A stretch of 43,908 nucleotides of DNA, counting the filler, from Jimgerdemannia flammicorona (lineage: Eukaryota), in NCBI GenBank assembly GCA_003990765.1. It is 2 parts of 2 records of this genome, joined end to end, with 100 filler letters (N's around TTAATTAATTAA, not from the genome) between each part and the next. Parts side by side here need not be neighbours in the genome. Positions count along the whole stretch, not along the records: positions 22,005 to 43,908 come from RBNJ01001369.1; 1 more part is not named here. One strand, given 5' to 3'. Positions 22,004 through 35,825 of the stretch are shown here, piece after piece (positions within the stretch are counted from its first letter, which is position 1; each line of letters starts with the position of its first letter). The position numbers and the translations under genes were made by a program. Below the pieces are notes generated by a model. The model worked only from the letters and a program-made list of their open reading frames with translations. It ran no database searches and was not told the DNA's origin.

Positions 22004-25000
22004 NCCCCCCCATCTCTTTTTGATAAAAGACCACTTTGTCAAACACCATCTCTACCTATCTATCACTCTATTTACAGATCTCCTCCACCAGGTGGCAATG
22101 CTGCCTACCCTGGAGATCTCAACCAATCTACCACCCAGTCAGTAGATCATCCACCAAAGCCTCCTACCTCAATAACTTCTCCTATATCTCTATTTATTGC
22201 CTTTCTTCAAAAACAAAGAGCCAATGCCCAGCCAAACCTACCTATACTGCTATAACCCACCCTACCATGAGCCACCCATTGCTGACACCTCCCACCAGTC
22301 TAGATTTCAAATTCTCTCAGTGATCTTGCTCACCATCCAGCCTCCTTCCTACACCTAGTTGGGCTCCTATAGCTATCCAAAAGTCCCCCAAAACCTCACA
22401 TTCTTCCAGCCAATGTTCTGGTGTCTGCACAATTCCCCCAGCATGCCCTACATTATAAAATTCCTCACAATCCAGTTGGCCACCATCTACCAGATACTCA
22501 GTATAGAAATTCAACATAATATTCCTCCATAGCATTTGCCACAAAACCATCCAAAACTTGGGAGGAAGCCACCTTCACATCTCAATACTCCAGGACCAGA
22601 TTCCTACTCAGTCCCACTCCTTACCAATCTCCACTGCCTGCCAACTCTTCAGCCAAAGATCCTGGCCAAGTCCCTGCTGACACTCCACTCTATCGCCAAT
22701 ATCAAACTCAGCAAGCAGAGTCTTCCCTAAAAGCAGTAGGTCCCATTGCTATATAGCAGAGCCCCACACCACCTCACCCTCATTGCCATGCCAGTGTAGG
22801 CCTATCTGGTGTGCTCCATCCACCACTTCCCACCAGAAGTCCTTATACCTCATTCATTGGCTTCCATTCAGACCTACCAGAGAGAGCAAGTTACCTGAGA
22901 ATCCTCAAGGGGAGAATCTCATCTCCCATACCTTCTGCATCAATAGTACCCAACCTCCTCCCTGCAGCTCCACTGTCCTTCTCAACTACCAGGCTTGCAG
23001 ATAGTATAGCTGCTTAGAGAAATCTATCAGACCTAGATCTCCTCTAATCCCTGGCTCCACAAGGGTATCCCAACTGATCTGGGACCTTCTTCCTGCCCAA
23101 ATCTAATCTCTAGCCAGTTTCATCAGTCTCTTCACCACCCAGGCTAAAAAGTCTAAGTGATATGCCACATACCACAGCTTGGGGAACTAATAAACATTCA
23201 AGATTGATACCTGCCCTGCCAGGGAGATGTGATGACCTCCCCAACCTTTAAGAGTCTCCCCCCAAACAGCTACCCTTCTCTTCCACCATACCCATGGCAA
23301 GACTGACCTATATATAGAGAGGAAGATACCAAGATACTGTACTATCTCTCCTGCAGAGACAATTGTTCCAATGATGTCTCCTCCCACTAGCCCATTCCCC
23401 AACACTATTGTCTCACACTTATGCTAGTTGAGTTTCACCCCAGAGTATGCCTCATATCATTCCACCATTTCCTTAAGTACCTCTACATCCGCCACTGATC
23501 CAAGTCCAACTACCATATCATCCACAAAGGCCCCACCTTTCACATTATCCTATATACAGAGAGTCTGACCACCTTCCTACAGATCCTATCCATCAAAGGT
23601 TCCAGTGAAAGGGTATAAAGAAGAGGAGACAGCAGGTCTCATTGGGGAACTCCTCTTCCCAAGAGAAATGCCAAACTCCTGTATCTATTACACAATAGTA
23701 CTACTCTACTGCCCTCTAACAACTTCAACATAGAAGCCCTAAACTGATGTGGAACACCAATTCTATCCAATATCTTGTCCAGCTATACTTGCCAAACATG
23801 GTCATAGGCCTTCTCCTGGTCCAGAAATACCAGTCTACCATCCAGCCCACAAGCCCTGGCCCCTTCTATGATGCCATGCACCCAGGCAGTCTCATCCCTG
23901 ATAAGGTTTCCTCCTACAAAGTCCTGCTGCTCCTCACCCAGTATCTGTTGGACAACCTTCTGTAGCCTTGCAATAATCACCTTAGTCACCAACTTTCAGT
24001 CCATATCCAGAAGCATGATTGGCCTCCAGTTCTTCCAGTCCTCCTGCCCACCCTTGTCTTTATACAATAAGGCCACCAGCCCCAAGTTCTGCTCCCCAAC
24101 CCACTCACCATTCAGAAGGACATAGTCACAGAGGGCAGCCATCTCTCCTAATACTTCAGAGACTTTTGCCATCTTCTTCCAGAAGTCCCAAGGTAACCCA
24201 TTCTCCCCAGGTACTGTTCCAAGCTTAGTTGCTACAAGGACCCCCTAGATCTCCTCCTCTTGGACTAGTAAGATCAGATCACCCAGACTCTCCACCTGTG
24301 GCAGCTTCCACTCCTCCAGGGTATCACCAATTGTCTCTTTCCCTACACCCCCTTCTTCCTCACTCCACAGACCCTGCCAACTCTCCTTCAAAACCCCCAG
24401 AATCTGTTGCATGCTATGTACCATATTCCCTTCAGTATCCAAGACTCCATTTCACTAATGTTGCACTCTCCTAGCCTTGAGGAGTTTAGACAAATACCTA
24501 GTAGGCTGCTTCCCCTCCTCTAGCTCCTACCACCATAACCTGGCAGTCATCTCTCACATATGAATCTCTTCCTCCTCTCTCAACATCTGTTGCAGTTCTA
24601 CTACCTCTAATTTTGCCTGCTCTAGCCTCCAATCCTCCATCTCAACAGAAGAAAGCAAGTCTGCCCATTCCATCTGCAATCTCATCAGCCTATTAGAAGC
24701 ACACCATATGTGTTTCCTCCTCTATCTCCCAGCCTCTCTACCAGCTCCACCCCAATAAACCCTTGCAGCCTCTTTCAACCTCAGCCACTGGATACCCACA
24801 GACAAACCCTCACACCTCCAGATAAGAACCTTTGCCTATACATCCTCTACCCACAAGTCCCACAACCCCTTCTCAGCCAGCAGAGAGGAGTTAAGGTGCC
24901 AATGTCTGGGTCCATCTCTACTCCCCCCAAATTGTCCCTGCCCCAATAGTCCCCAGTGATCAGACCATAGACACCACTCTACCTTCAAAGTCTTCCAAAC

Positions 25001-27779
25001 ATCAGCACCCCAACATTCAACTGTCAGTATCCAGTCAATCCTTGTATCTAAGCCATTCACCCAATGTGTGTAGACCCTAGTGTCACCCCACCATATCCTG
25101 CCCATATCTCCTAAGGAACTAAGATTCTCCACCTCCTCCCATACCTTCAGACCACCACTCCTTCCACCTGTATTTCTTTCTCCATCAGTTCTATCTAGAT
25201 GGGGGTCCTGAACCATATTAAAATCACCACCCAGAATATTGACTCCTTTTGCCAAGAGAATACCCTCCTCCAGCAGCTCCTTAATCCATATAATCTGCTT
25301 GCCCCTAACTATAGAGCAGTAATAGGAGCCAATCCTTACTGATTCTCACCCTAGCTGAATTCAGTCTCCCTAGACCAATTGATCACTCCAGTTCCTGATT
25401 CCCCCCAGGTCTCCTCTACCCTTCTTCACTAGAATTACCACTTTATCAAACCAAGCAGTAGCCCCACCCCATTCTCTAGTCCACTCCACCTGATTGTTCT
25501 CATCCTCACACTATATATCCTGCAATAAAAAAGAGATTGGCCTCCAATCCCTTGAGCTAAGTAAAAATGTTCTTATACTGCCCAGAACCCCTTAACCCAT
25601 TCATATACAAAGAGAAAATGTTGGTTGTATTGTTCATAAGGAATAATGTTATATATCATCCACATCCTCTACAAATCCACATTCAACTCCTTCTGTATCA
25701 AGTCCAAGTCTCATTCTACCACTAGTTCTTTCTCCTCAGCTTCCTGTGCCTCCAACTCTCCCAGAAGTTCAGCTATCACCCCATTCTCTTTCTCTTCAAA
25801 GTCCTCATGATACTCCAGACAGGCCTCCTACCAGAGCTGCAAACCATGATGCTCTGCCCAACAGTAGGCAGCCTGCTCACTAGTAAAAACTGCCAGCTCC
25901 TCCTCTCTTACTTTATCAACCTTGTATTCCTCCTCCTCTATGAAAATCACCAGAATCTCCACCTTCAGCACCTCCACCACCCCATCACCACACAGAATCC
26001 TCACCCAATGCTCCTCAGGTATCATATGCAGGTCCACCTCTCCCAACTCCTCAGCTGTGAGGTTATCTATAACCTTACTCATCCACAGCAGATTCCCCAC
26101 CTCCTTTCCTCCTAGAGTCCCTGGCCGCCCTGTATCCAACATCATGGTATCAGCTCCCACACTGGCAGTCTCATCCCACTCCTCCTCAGGGACATCCACT
26201 AGCTCATCCTTACCAACTACCACTACCTGGTCCCCTTTTGCCACATCGGGGACCCCAAAGTGCACTCACTGGGCCCCTTGCATCAGCACATCCTCTGTTG
26301 CCCCTCTCTTCCCAGCCGGGCCCCTCCTGATAAGAGGGGGGGGGGGTGGTATCCAACTCCTGCTCCCAGACTTCAAATGTACCATTGGTATATGGGTCCT
26401 TGTTCAGCACCTTCCCCATCTCTTCCTTGTTTGCCCCCACCTTCTCTTTGTCTTTACTAGCCCAGACACTGGCTTCAATACTCCCAGCCATCTCAGCCCC
26501 ATCTACTACCTTCTTCACCCCTCCTTTCATACTCACCAATAGCTCCCTCTGCCTCCTGCACCCCTGGGCCTACTCCCACTGCCTCTTATCAGTGCGAATG
26601 CACTTCCCATCCACAATCTTCAGATGTGTTGACTCCTCAAACACTCTCCAGGCCTTCACTCTCCTTTCAATCGCAGCACTCAACTCCTCCAGAGTCTCCA
26701 ACAAGTCCTTCTCCTCCTCTTCACTCCCTTTTACCCTTGATATCTTACAGATAAAAGCCCCCCACATTAGTACTGAGGGCCAGTCATTTGCCTTCCCAGT
26801 AGCCTCCTTCTCTGCTAGCTGAATCCTGACATCAATGTCACCTATTCTGAATGTAGTCCCCTCTTACATCTGGAAGCCAATGTCCACCATATCACTATAC
26901 TCTATCATTACCTCCTCCACCCTCCTCCTAGTCTCCTCCTTCATTATTGTCAGTACCCTCCTCACCAGAAGCTGTATCACCCTAGGGTCCCATCTCAAGC
27001 ACTATACCATGGGGACCACCACTTCCCTAACTATTACTCCAGTCTTCAGGACCTCATCCAGTGGGCCTGCCTCCTCAAAGCCCACCTCAATCCCCTTCAG
27101 ACCCTTCAGGAACTTCACTGAGACTGCCCCAGCCACCTGCTTTGAAATAAGCCCCAGAACCATCCTCACCATCACTGCTAAGCCTCAAAAGCACAAGGTA
27201 GCCACAAACTCCAAGATCAACTTCTTGAGTAATGGGGCCACTGCTAGTCCCATTATACCATCTGCCAGGTCCCCCTTCCACATTAGGACCCCCTGCCTCA
27301 TCTGTTCATCAGCTGTCATATCTCTTTTTTTTTCCTGATCCCCCATCACACCCCTATCAACAGTCATACCCTTAGTTACAGCCCCTCCAGCCCCTATGCT
27401 CCCCTCTCCCTCCCTGAGGGCCACTCTCCCTCTTGATGCTAGCCTTGCCCTTCCCCACAACAGTGCCAGCCCTGGTACCCACAGGCCATCCATTTGTCTT
27501 CACCTTGTCAGCAAAGCTGGAGGGACCAGGACTTCCCCCAGATCCACCAGATACTGGTCCTCCTCCAGAGCCTTTACCACCCTTTGACCCTCCAAAGGCC
27601 CCCATCCCCAATCTATACCCTCTCTCAACATATTGCCAGCTGAAAGCCCCAGGTTCATCTGACCCAGCACACCCATCAGAACTCTTGCTTGATGATATTT
27701 TTATAATATCTTTTCTCCAAGTTGTATCGAAAACCATTGCTTGAAGTTTGTATAATGTGAATTGTACAGGAGAAATGTG
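22004..27779 (-). mobile_element. LINE-C: degenerate family I LINE, 5' end intact, extreme 3' end lost in the gap
   Basis: Collinear with LINE-A throughout. ORF1 about 25669-27698, ORF2 ATG at 25637 (GDFN, SDH, DQEKAYD). 5' motif at about 27749-27779. Confidence 0.92.
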
Positions 27780-28727
27780 GTGGACATATCATCTCTACTA
27801 AAGGTATCAATATGGACCCCCAAAAGGTACATATTAGCTCTCAAGAATATTCTCATCTCTACTACCCTTAAGCTACTCTAGTACTTTCTGGATATTACAG
27901 ATTACTACTAAAGGTTTATATAAGGATACTCTACTATTATAGCTCCACTAACCTGGCCTACAAAAGAGTAAATATCAAGACTAAATAAACCTCTGAGTAT
28001 ACTCAGGCTATGAACTATCTCAAGAGACTTCTTACTGAGACCCCAGTACTAATTGCACCTGATCTTACTAGGCCATTTACTCTGACTACAAATGCCTCTG
28101 ATATTATTATTAGGGTAGTACTTAGTCAAGAAGATCACCCAGTGATCTATCTCTCTCAAAAGCTTAAGCCAGCTAAGATTCAGTATACTACTCATGAGAA
28201 AGAACTCCTGGCCATTATCACTACACTCTAGAAATAGTATCACTTTCTCTTAGAATAACTATTTATAGTCTATACTAATCACTATACTCTATAGTACATT
28301 TACATACAGTCTATGCTAAGTCATAGACAAGCCTATTGGATAGAAATTATTACTAACTTTAATATAGAAATCAAGTATATTCTAGGCAAAACCAATCATG
28401 CAGCTATAGTTTCTCTAGATATATAGAAGATGAACTTATCTTCATAGTTGAGATAATTAGAGACCTTACTCAGATGATCAAGAATGGCTACCAATAAGAC
28501 AGCCTCTTGATGAAATTCCTTCAAATATACCAAGACTCAGAGGCCAAGGTCTCAGAATCCATGAGGCAAATATTCAAAAGATTTACTTACTATGATGGAC
28601 TTATCTATAGAGACTATGACAGAATAGTTATACCTAACAATAATACTCTATGGCTCAAGATTATGCAGGAACTCCATGACACTCCTGCAGTAGGATACTT
28701 TGGTTTCAAGAAGACTTACAATCTCCA
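27780..28727 (+). pseudogene. Ty3/gypsy pol fragment: RT thumb - RNase H - integrase N-terminus
   Basis: GHIISTKGINMDPQKV; PVLIAPDLTRPFTLTTNAS..VLSQ..PVIYLSQKL..YTTHEKELLAI; VYTNH; ELHDTPAVGYFGFKKTY. Confidence 0.88.
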
Positions 28728-29972
28728 TACCTATCTTTCTCTAGTAATATTCAGATTACACAACCTTCTGGTAATACTTATAATATAGTTTTTGGAGAAA
28801 GATACTAGAAATATAGCAACTGACAAGTATTCTGAGGTATATACTAGGCAGGGAGACCTAAGTGTATTTGACTGACAATATGTGGAGAGAGGCTCTGGCT
28901 TAGGGGGAAGCATGAGGGGTCTGTTGGTGGATATAGAAGGGGAGGGGGCAGTATTAAAGAATAGAGAAGTGGGAGGGTGAGCTTTGCAGATATAGTGAAG
29001 GGGAGGTAGATGATAACTGGACTAAAGGGCTGACTGAGGAGGGGTAAGAAGATAGCAAAGACTACAGAGCAGTAGTAATAGGGGGGAGTTCCTCTGGGGG
29101 GCCAGAGCAGTGGGGCTGACAGAGTAGTAGCTGAGAGAGTGACTGTTGATTGAAGTGTAATAAGTAATCTGAAAAAAAATCTAGATGAGACTGCTGATGG
29201 TAGACTAGAGTATAGGAAGGGCATGAGGTCTAGTGACCTAACCAATGATGTAACAGGTCTGGTGGTGGCCCTATTACTTAAGAAATTGATCTTGGAGTTT
29301 GCAGTTACTTTGTACTTCTGGGGCTTAGCAGTAATGGCAAAAATAATATTGGAGCTAATTGCTAAGTAGGTGGCTGGAGCAGCATCTGTGAAGTTCCTGA
29401 AGAGATTAGAAGAGGTGAAGGTGAGCTTTGAGGAGACTGGGCTATTGGAGGAGGTGCTGAAGGCTAGAATAACTATCAGAGAGATATGCATTCTGATAAC
29501 ATACTGCTTGAGGTGGAATCTCAGAGTGGTGTAACTTCTGGTGAAAGGGGTGCTCATAGTAACTACTATAGAGATGAGAAGGAGAGTCAAGGAAGTCATA
29601 GCCAAGTATAGAGAGGTGGTGGATATTGGGTTCTGGGTCTGAGAAGGGATCTCATTCAGGACTGGAAATATTGATGTCCAGATTTGGTTGGCAGGGAAGA
29701 AAGCTACTGAGAAGACCAGAGACTGGCCTTTAGTAATAATATGGGAGACATTCCTGTGTAAAGTGATAAGGGTGAAGGAGAGTGAGGAGGAGAAAGAGGA
29801 TTTATTAGAGGCACTGAAGGAGCTAAGTGGTACTGTAGAGTGAAGGGCAAAGACTTGGAAGATACATATAGAGTTGACATATTTGGAGGTAGTAGATGAA
29901 AAGCAGATCTGCATAGATAAGGAGCTATGGAAAAGGTCTCAGGGATACAAGAGGCAGAGAGAGTTGTTAGTG

Positions 29973-32900
29973 CATCCTCATCTGGTATCATTCAGATTAC
30001 ACAACCTTTGGAAGGTACTCATGATATCGTTTTTGGAGCAAAGAGACTAACAACATAACAACCAATAGGCAAGCTGAGGTGCATACTGGGCAGGGCAGCC
30101 CAAGCGCTTTTGAATGACAGTAAGTTGGAAGGGGCCCAGGCCTGGGGGGGAGCATGAGAGGGCTGCTGGCAGGTGGACGAGGAAGGGGTGGAGGTACTGA
30201 TAGAGGGCAGGGGTCTGGGAGGGTGAGCTTTGTGGAGATAGTGAAGGGGAAGCAGCAGGCATCAGGGCTGGAGGGCTGGCTGAGGAGGGGCAAGGAGAAC
30301 AAGAAGGCAGTGGTGCAGGGGGGAGTGGCCCTTGGAAGGGGAGGCAGTGAAGCTGGGGGAGTAGCAGCTGGGGGGAGTGTGACTGCTGATGGTGATGGGA
30401 CTGCTAGTCTGGAAAAAAATCCAGATGTGATGGCTGTTGGTGAGGCTGAGTAGCTGGGGCTTAGAAGGCAAGGAGATTTGGTGGATGGCATGATGGGCCT
30501 GGTGGTAGCCCTGTTACTCAAGAAATTGATCTCGGCATTCATGGTTACACTGTGCTTCTGGGGCTTAGCAGTGACAGTGAAAATGATGCTGGGGCTTATC
30601 GCTAAGCAGGTGGTAGGAGCTGCTTCAGTGAAGTTTCTGAAGGGACTGGAGGGTGTGGAGATGGGTTTTGAGAAGGCTGAACTGCTAGAGGAGGCACTGA
30701 AGGTTGGGTTGGTGGTTGGGGAGATGTGTGTTCTGATGGTGAGGTGTTTGAAATGAGATCTGAGGGTAGTCCAACTGCTGGTGAAAGAAGTGCCCATGGT
30801 GATGGCAATGGAGACAAGAAAGAGAGTGGAGGATGTCATGGTAGAGTATGGAGAGGTAGTGGATATCAGATTCAGGGTCTGGGAAGGGACCACGCTCAGG
30901 ACTGGAGATGTGGATGTGAGGATTCAGCTGGCTGGGAAAGAGGCTACTGAGAAGGCAAGGGACTGGCCTTTGGTGATGGTTTGGGGAGTGATCCTGTGCA
31001 AGGTGACAAGGGTGAAAGAAAGTGAAGAAGAGGAAGAAGACTTATTGGAAGTGCTGGAAGAACTGGATGGGGCTGTGGAGCAGTGAGCAAAGGCCTGGAA
31101 GACTTTTGAGGAGTTGATGCACCTGGAGGTAGTGGATGGAAAGATGATTCGAGTGGACAAGGTGCAGTGGGAAAGGGCTCAGGGGTGGAAGAGACAGAAG
31201 GATCTGCTGGCTAAACTGGGAGGCAGACCACAGAAGGATGCAAGCAAGAAGACAAGTGTGGAAGGGGCCGAAGCAAGTGTCTGGGCTGGCAAGAGAAGTG
31301 GGAATGATGGGGTGGAGGCAGGAAAGGCAAAAGAGGTGAAGATTAGCAACCCATATGCTGATGGCACCTTGGAGGTTTGGGATGAGGTCTGGGAGAACTC
31401 CCCCACTCCTTCCCCTCTTATCAGGTATGGCCCAGCTTCCAGAAACAAGACTGGGGAGGATGTGATGATGCTGGGGACCCAGCAGGTGAAATTCAGTGTT
31501 CTGGAGGTAATGAATGGGGATCAAGTAGTGGCAGCTGGGGAGGAGGAACTGGTGGATGTCCTGGAGGTATGAGATGAGGATGCAAGTACCAGAGCTGACA
31601 CCATGATGCTGGATGGAGGGAGGCCAGCGACCCCTGGTGGGAAGGAGGTGGGGAACCTACTTTAGATGTGCTGGATGATGAATAACCTGGTGGCAGAAGA
31701 GTTGGGGGAGGTGGACTTGCATATGATGGATGATGAGCACTGGGTAAGAATTTTGCAGGGAGAAGGAGTGATGATGGCACTGAAGGCGGAAATTCTCGCA
31801 GTGTATCTAGAGGAGGAAGGGTATGAGGTGGACAAGGAGCGGGAGGCAGAGATGGCAGTTATCACTAGGGAGAGGGCTGAGTACTGTTGGAACAAGCATC
31901 ATGGATTGCAGCTTTGATAGAAGGCTTACATCAAGTACAGAGAGGAGTTTGAGAAGAAGGCCAATGAGGAGATGAATGAGCTGTTGGCTGGATTGGAGGC
32001 TCAGAGGGCTGAAGAGGAGGAGGTGATGGCAGAACATAATCTGGACTGGTACAGGAGGAGATGAGCATGGAGCAGTAGAGATCGACTGAGAACAAACCAT
32101 ATTTCATTATGAACAGTACAACTAACATTTTTTCTTTGAATGTAAATGGGCTAAGGGGTGCAGTTAGATGTAGGAACCTTTTTATTTGGCTGAAGGGATT
32201 GGAGGCTGATCTCTTCCTCTTGTAGGATGTCAGGTGTGAGGATGATGCTGATAGGATGGAATGGACAAAGGAATGGAGTGGCATGGCAATTTACAGCAAG
32301 GTTGGGATTCTGGTTCGGAAAGGCAGAGGGGAGATAAAGGATGTGAGGAGCTGGGGGGAGAGACTGGTCTGGGGTGAGTGGATCCATACAGGTTGGGAGC
32401 CAGTCACAGTTGGCTCCTGTTACTGCCCTGCTATGTGGGGGGAGTGTGTGGATTGGGTGAAAGGGCTCCAGGAGAGTGGGATCCTTACTGAGGCTGGGGT
32501 GGATATGCTTGGAGGAGATTTCAATATGGTTCGGGATATACAGTTGGATAGAACTGATGGAGGATGGGGTGCTGAGAGCAGGAGTGGGGGGCTGGCAATG
32601 TGGAAGGAAGTCGAAAGACTAGGAGTGCTGGTTGATGCTGGTAGGGAGTACTGGGGGGACAGGAGGGTATATATGCATTGGGCTGGAGACCTGGGGACAA
32701 GGATTGACTGGATTCTGATGGCCAACTGTTGGGGCTGTGATGTCTGGAAGATGCTAGAGGTGGAATGGTGTCCGTGGTCAGATCACTGGGGCATTTTGGA
32801 ACAGGGGTGTTTTGGGGGAAGTGGTGATGGGCCTGAACATTGGCGTCTAAATTCCTCCTTGTTGGATGATGAGTCTTGGTGGGAGGAGTGGGTGAAAGAC

Positions 32901-35825
32901 ATTCAGCTGAAGGTGGAGAACTGGTGGCAAGAAGAGGCCTCAATTGGGGTTCGGTGGGTGAGGATGAAAGAGATGGCCAGGATGTACTGGAGCAAGGCTG
33001 GCAGAGAGGCTGGGAAGCAGCAAAGGCAGAAAGTGCATTGGGCTTCTACTAGATTGGCTAGGCTCCTGGAGGAGTGGGCGAGACTGACAATAGTGGAGGG
33101 AGAAGAGGATTGGAGAATAATGAGGGTGAAGATAGAGATTGAGGAACTACAACAGGTGCTGCAGAAAGAGAAAGAGTCAAGGATGCAAGGCCTGGTGGCA
33201 CGGCTTTGTTGGCAGGAGCTGGAGGAAGGGGAGAGGCCTTCCAGGTTTCTCATGAGGACACTTTGAGCAAGAAGAGTACAGCAGTGGTAGGAAGGGGTAC
33301 TTGACTCAGATGGTGTACTAGTGCATGGTATATAGGATATCCTTGGAATGCTGAAGGAGCAATGGAGTGGATTGTGGAGTGAGGAGGAGGGTGGGGCAGA
33401 TGATACAGCCATTGACCAAACATTAGAGGATTGGCACCCTCCACAAGCTGAGAGACTAGGTGACCTAATGATACCTGTAAAGGAGGATGAGATCTGCTAG
33501 GTTCTTACCACAACAGCCTCAGGTATGGTGCCTGGGGAGGATGGCCTATCCTGGGACTTCTGGAAGCAAATGGTTGGAGTCCTGGACATGTTGGGGGAGT
33601 TGATAGCACTGTGTGACTTTATATTGCAGTCAGGGAGATGGGTGGGGGAGCAGGATCTTGGGCTGATGATGCTACTTTATAAGAATAAAAGAAGGTGAGA
33701 GAATTGGAAGAACTGGCAGCCAATAATGTTGCTAGATATGGACAGAAAGTTGGTGACTAAGGTGGTGGTCACAAGGCTATAGAAGGTAGCCCAGAAAATT
33801 GTGGGTGTTGAGCAGAGGGGCTTCATAGGGGGTCAGCTTATTAGAGATGGCACAGCCTGGGTACATGGAGTTATTGAGAGTGCTAGAGCCTGTGGACTGG
33901 ATGGGTGTCTTGTCTTCTTAGACTAGGAGAAGGCTTATGACTGGGTGTGGCAAGTCTGGCTGGCAAAAGTACTAGATAGAATTGGGGCTCCAGTCTCATT
34001 TTGGTCAGTGATGGTCAGCCTACTGGAAGGGAGTAGGGCTGCACTCATATATAATGGGCATAGAGAGGTAGCATTCCCTCTGGGTAGGGGAGTGCCCCAG
34101 GGGGATCCACTGTCTCCCATTTTGTATACTCTTTCCTTGGAACCTCTAATGGACAGAATTCAATGGAGGATAGTGGGGCTCTCTATCTATGGAGTTGGCT
34201 GGAAAGTTGGAGCCTTTGCAGATAACATGGTGGTTGGTTTGGGGGTAATTGCTGATGTCGAGGAGCTCAAGAAGACAGTGGAGTGGTATGAGGAGAACTC
34301 TGGGGCAAAGCTGAATTGGCACAAGTGTGAAACAATGGTACTAGGCAACAGCCTGATGGGAGGAGAGGTTATTGGAACAATTGTCCCCACTGGAGAGGCA
34401 GTGTGGTACTTGGGCATCTATTTGTCAGTCTATGGGTCTGTTCTGCCTAGGCTGTGGTGGGAGCAGAGGGTTGGAATTTGGGAGGAGGACCTGTGGGGTT
34501 GGGGAGGAAGACACTTCTCTCTGGCAGGAAGGATCTTGATTTTGAATATATACTGGCTGCCAAAGCTGTGGTATTTGGCTTACCATCTGGACTTCCCAGC
34601 CTAGGTGGTGAAGAGATTGGTGAAGGTGGCCAAGAGATGGATTTGGGCTGGCAGACGGAGTCAGATTGGTGGGGAGACCTTGTCCCTACTGGTGGCGAGA
34701 GGTGGTCTTGGGCTGGTGGACTTCCCCAAATGACTACACTGCTTGAGGGCATGGTGGCTTAAGAGGGTGGTGGAGTTGCATAGAGGGGGTTGGGTTCCCC
34801 TGCTGCAGAAGGTCTGGGAGAGGCAGTCATCACCAAGAGGCTCAACTGGTGATCTTCTTTCATTAGTTGGGCTTTGGAACACTGCACAATTGCGATATAA
34901 AGGCTTCTGGTGGGGGATAGCAGAGGGGGCACACCACATTGGTATTCACTAGTAAGGGGATGAGGGGGAGAGGGCTTGGGACCTAGCGATGTAGAGATGG
35001 GATAGCATTCTACTGGGTAGCATACCTTTATCTGAGTTCAACATTGGTGATGGAGTAGAATGCTAAAGGGGACCGGGCCAGGATCTGTGGCCAAGGAGTT
35101 GGAATTGGAGAGGAGTGGGACTGGTATGGGGTTTGGACCTGGAGTGCCACAGTGAAAAAATAGATGCTGCCAAAGTACTGGGTGGTCTGGTGGCATATGC
35201 TAAGGAGGAATGTAATGCTTAACTTCTGCTCAGGACACCTTGTCATAGAGGGCTGCTTTGACTGTGAGGAGTGCCTTAATGTAGGGCAGGAAGGGGGATT
35301 TGTACAAATGCCAGAATATTGGCTAAGAGAGTGTGAGGTGTTGGGAGACTTTTGGCAGGCCATTGGGGACCACTTGGGGGTGAGGTATAGGAGAGATAAT
35401 GTATAGGGGAGGTGGGAGGACCTGAGGGATTGATTGGTAGGAGGGGTAGGGGTGAAGTGGATTACCTTAGGCTGGGCATTGGCTATTTGGGTTAGGCTGG
35501 CCAGTTACTGGCTATTTGTATTTGAGGAGAAGAGGTGATAGAGCTTGGAGAGCTGATTATTATGGTGGCAGTACCTTATGGAGGACACCTTGACAGGCTG
35601 GTGGCTTGGTTGGGGGCTGCAGGGGGATCAGAGGTGCCACTTGGTGGTGAAAATCTGTGGTCAGAGTGGTGGAAAAGTTGGAGTTGTTAGTGAGAGGGTG
35701 GTCTTTATACATGAAGAGGTGGGGAGGGGTCCCCCTATGGGGATCAGATAGTGGGTGGTGATATTGTATACTTACTCATAGACTGGTAATAAAGATGGAG
35801 TCCAAGTGACTATAAAAAAAAAAAA
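29973..35825 (+). mobile_element. LINE-E: full-length family I LINE with poly(A) and 17 bp TSD, nested in LINE-D ORF1
   Basis: TSD AGAGAGAGTTGTTAGTG at 29956-29972 and 35826-35842. Tail follows GGAGTCCAAGTGACTAT. ORF1 about 30055-32090, ORF2 ATG at 32109. Confidence 0.95.
32109..35750 (+). pseudogene. LINE-E ORF2, multiple stops
   Basis: GDFN, RIDWIL, SDH, GVPQGDPLSP, FADN (FADD), YLG, CEEC...PEYWLREC. Confidence 0.9.

Noticed and set aside
28844..30893. Long antisense ORFs over LINE ORF1 (356 aa, 298 aa; also 16867-17742 and others) as a hidden antisense gene
   Set aside because: Where checked (LINE-D), the ORF lies in the frame sharing third codon positions with ORF1. G-ending sense codons make antisense stops rare there. 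The products are low-complexity Ser/Pro/Thr and start and stop positions are not conserved.
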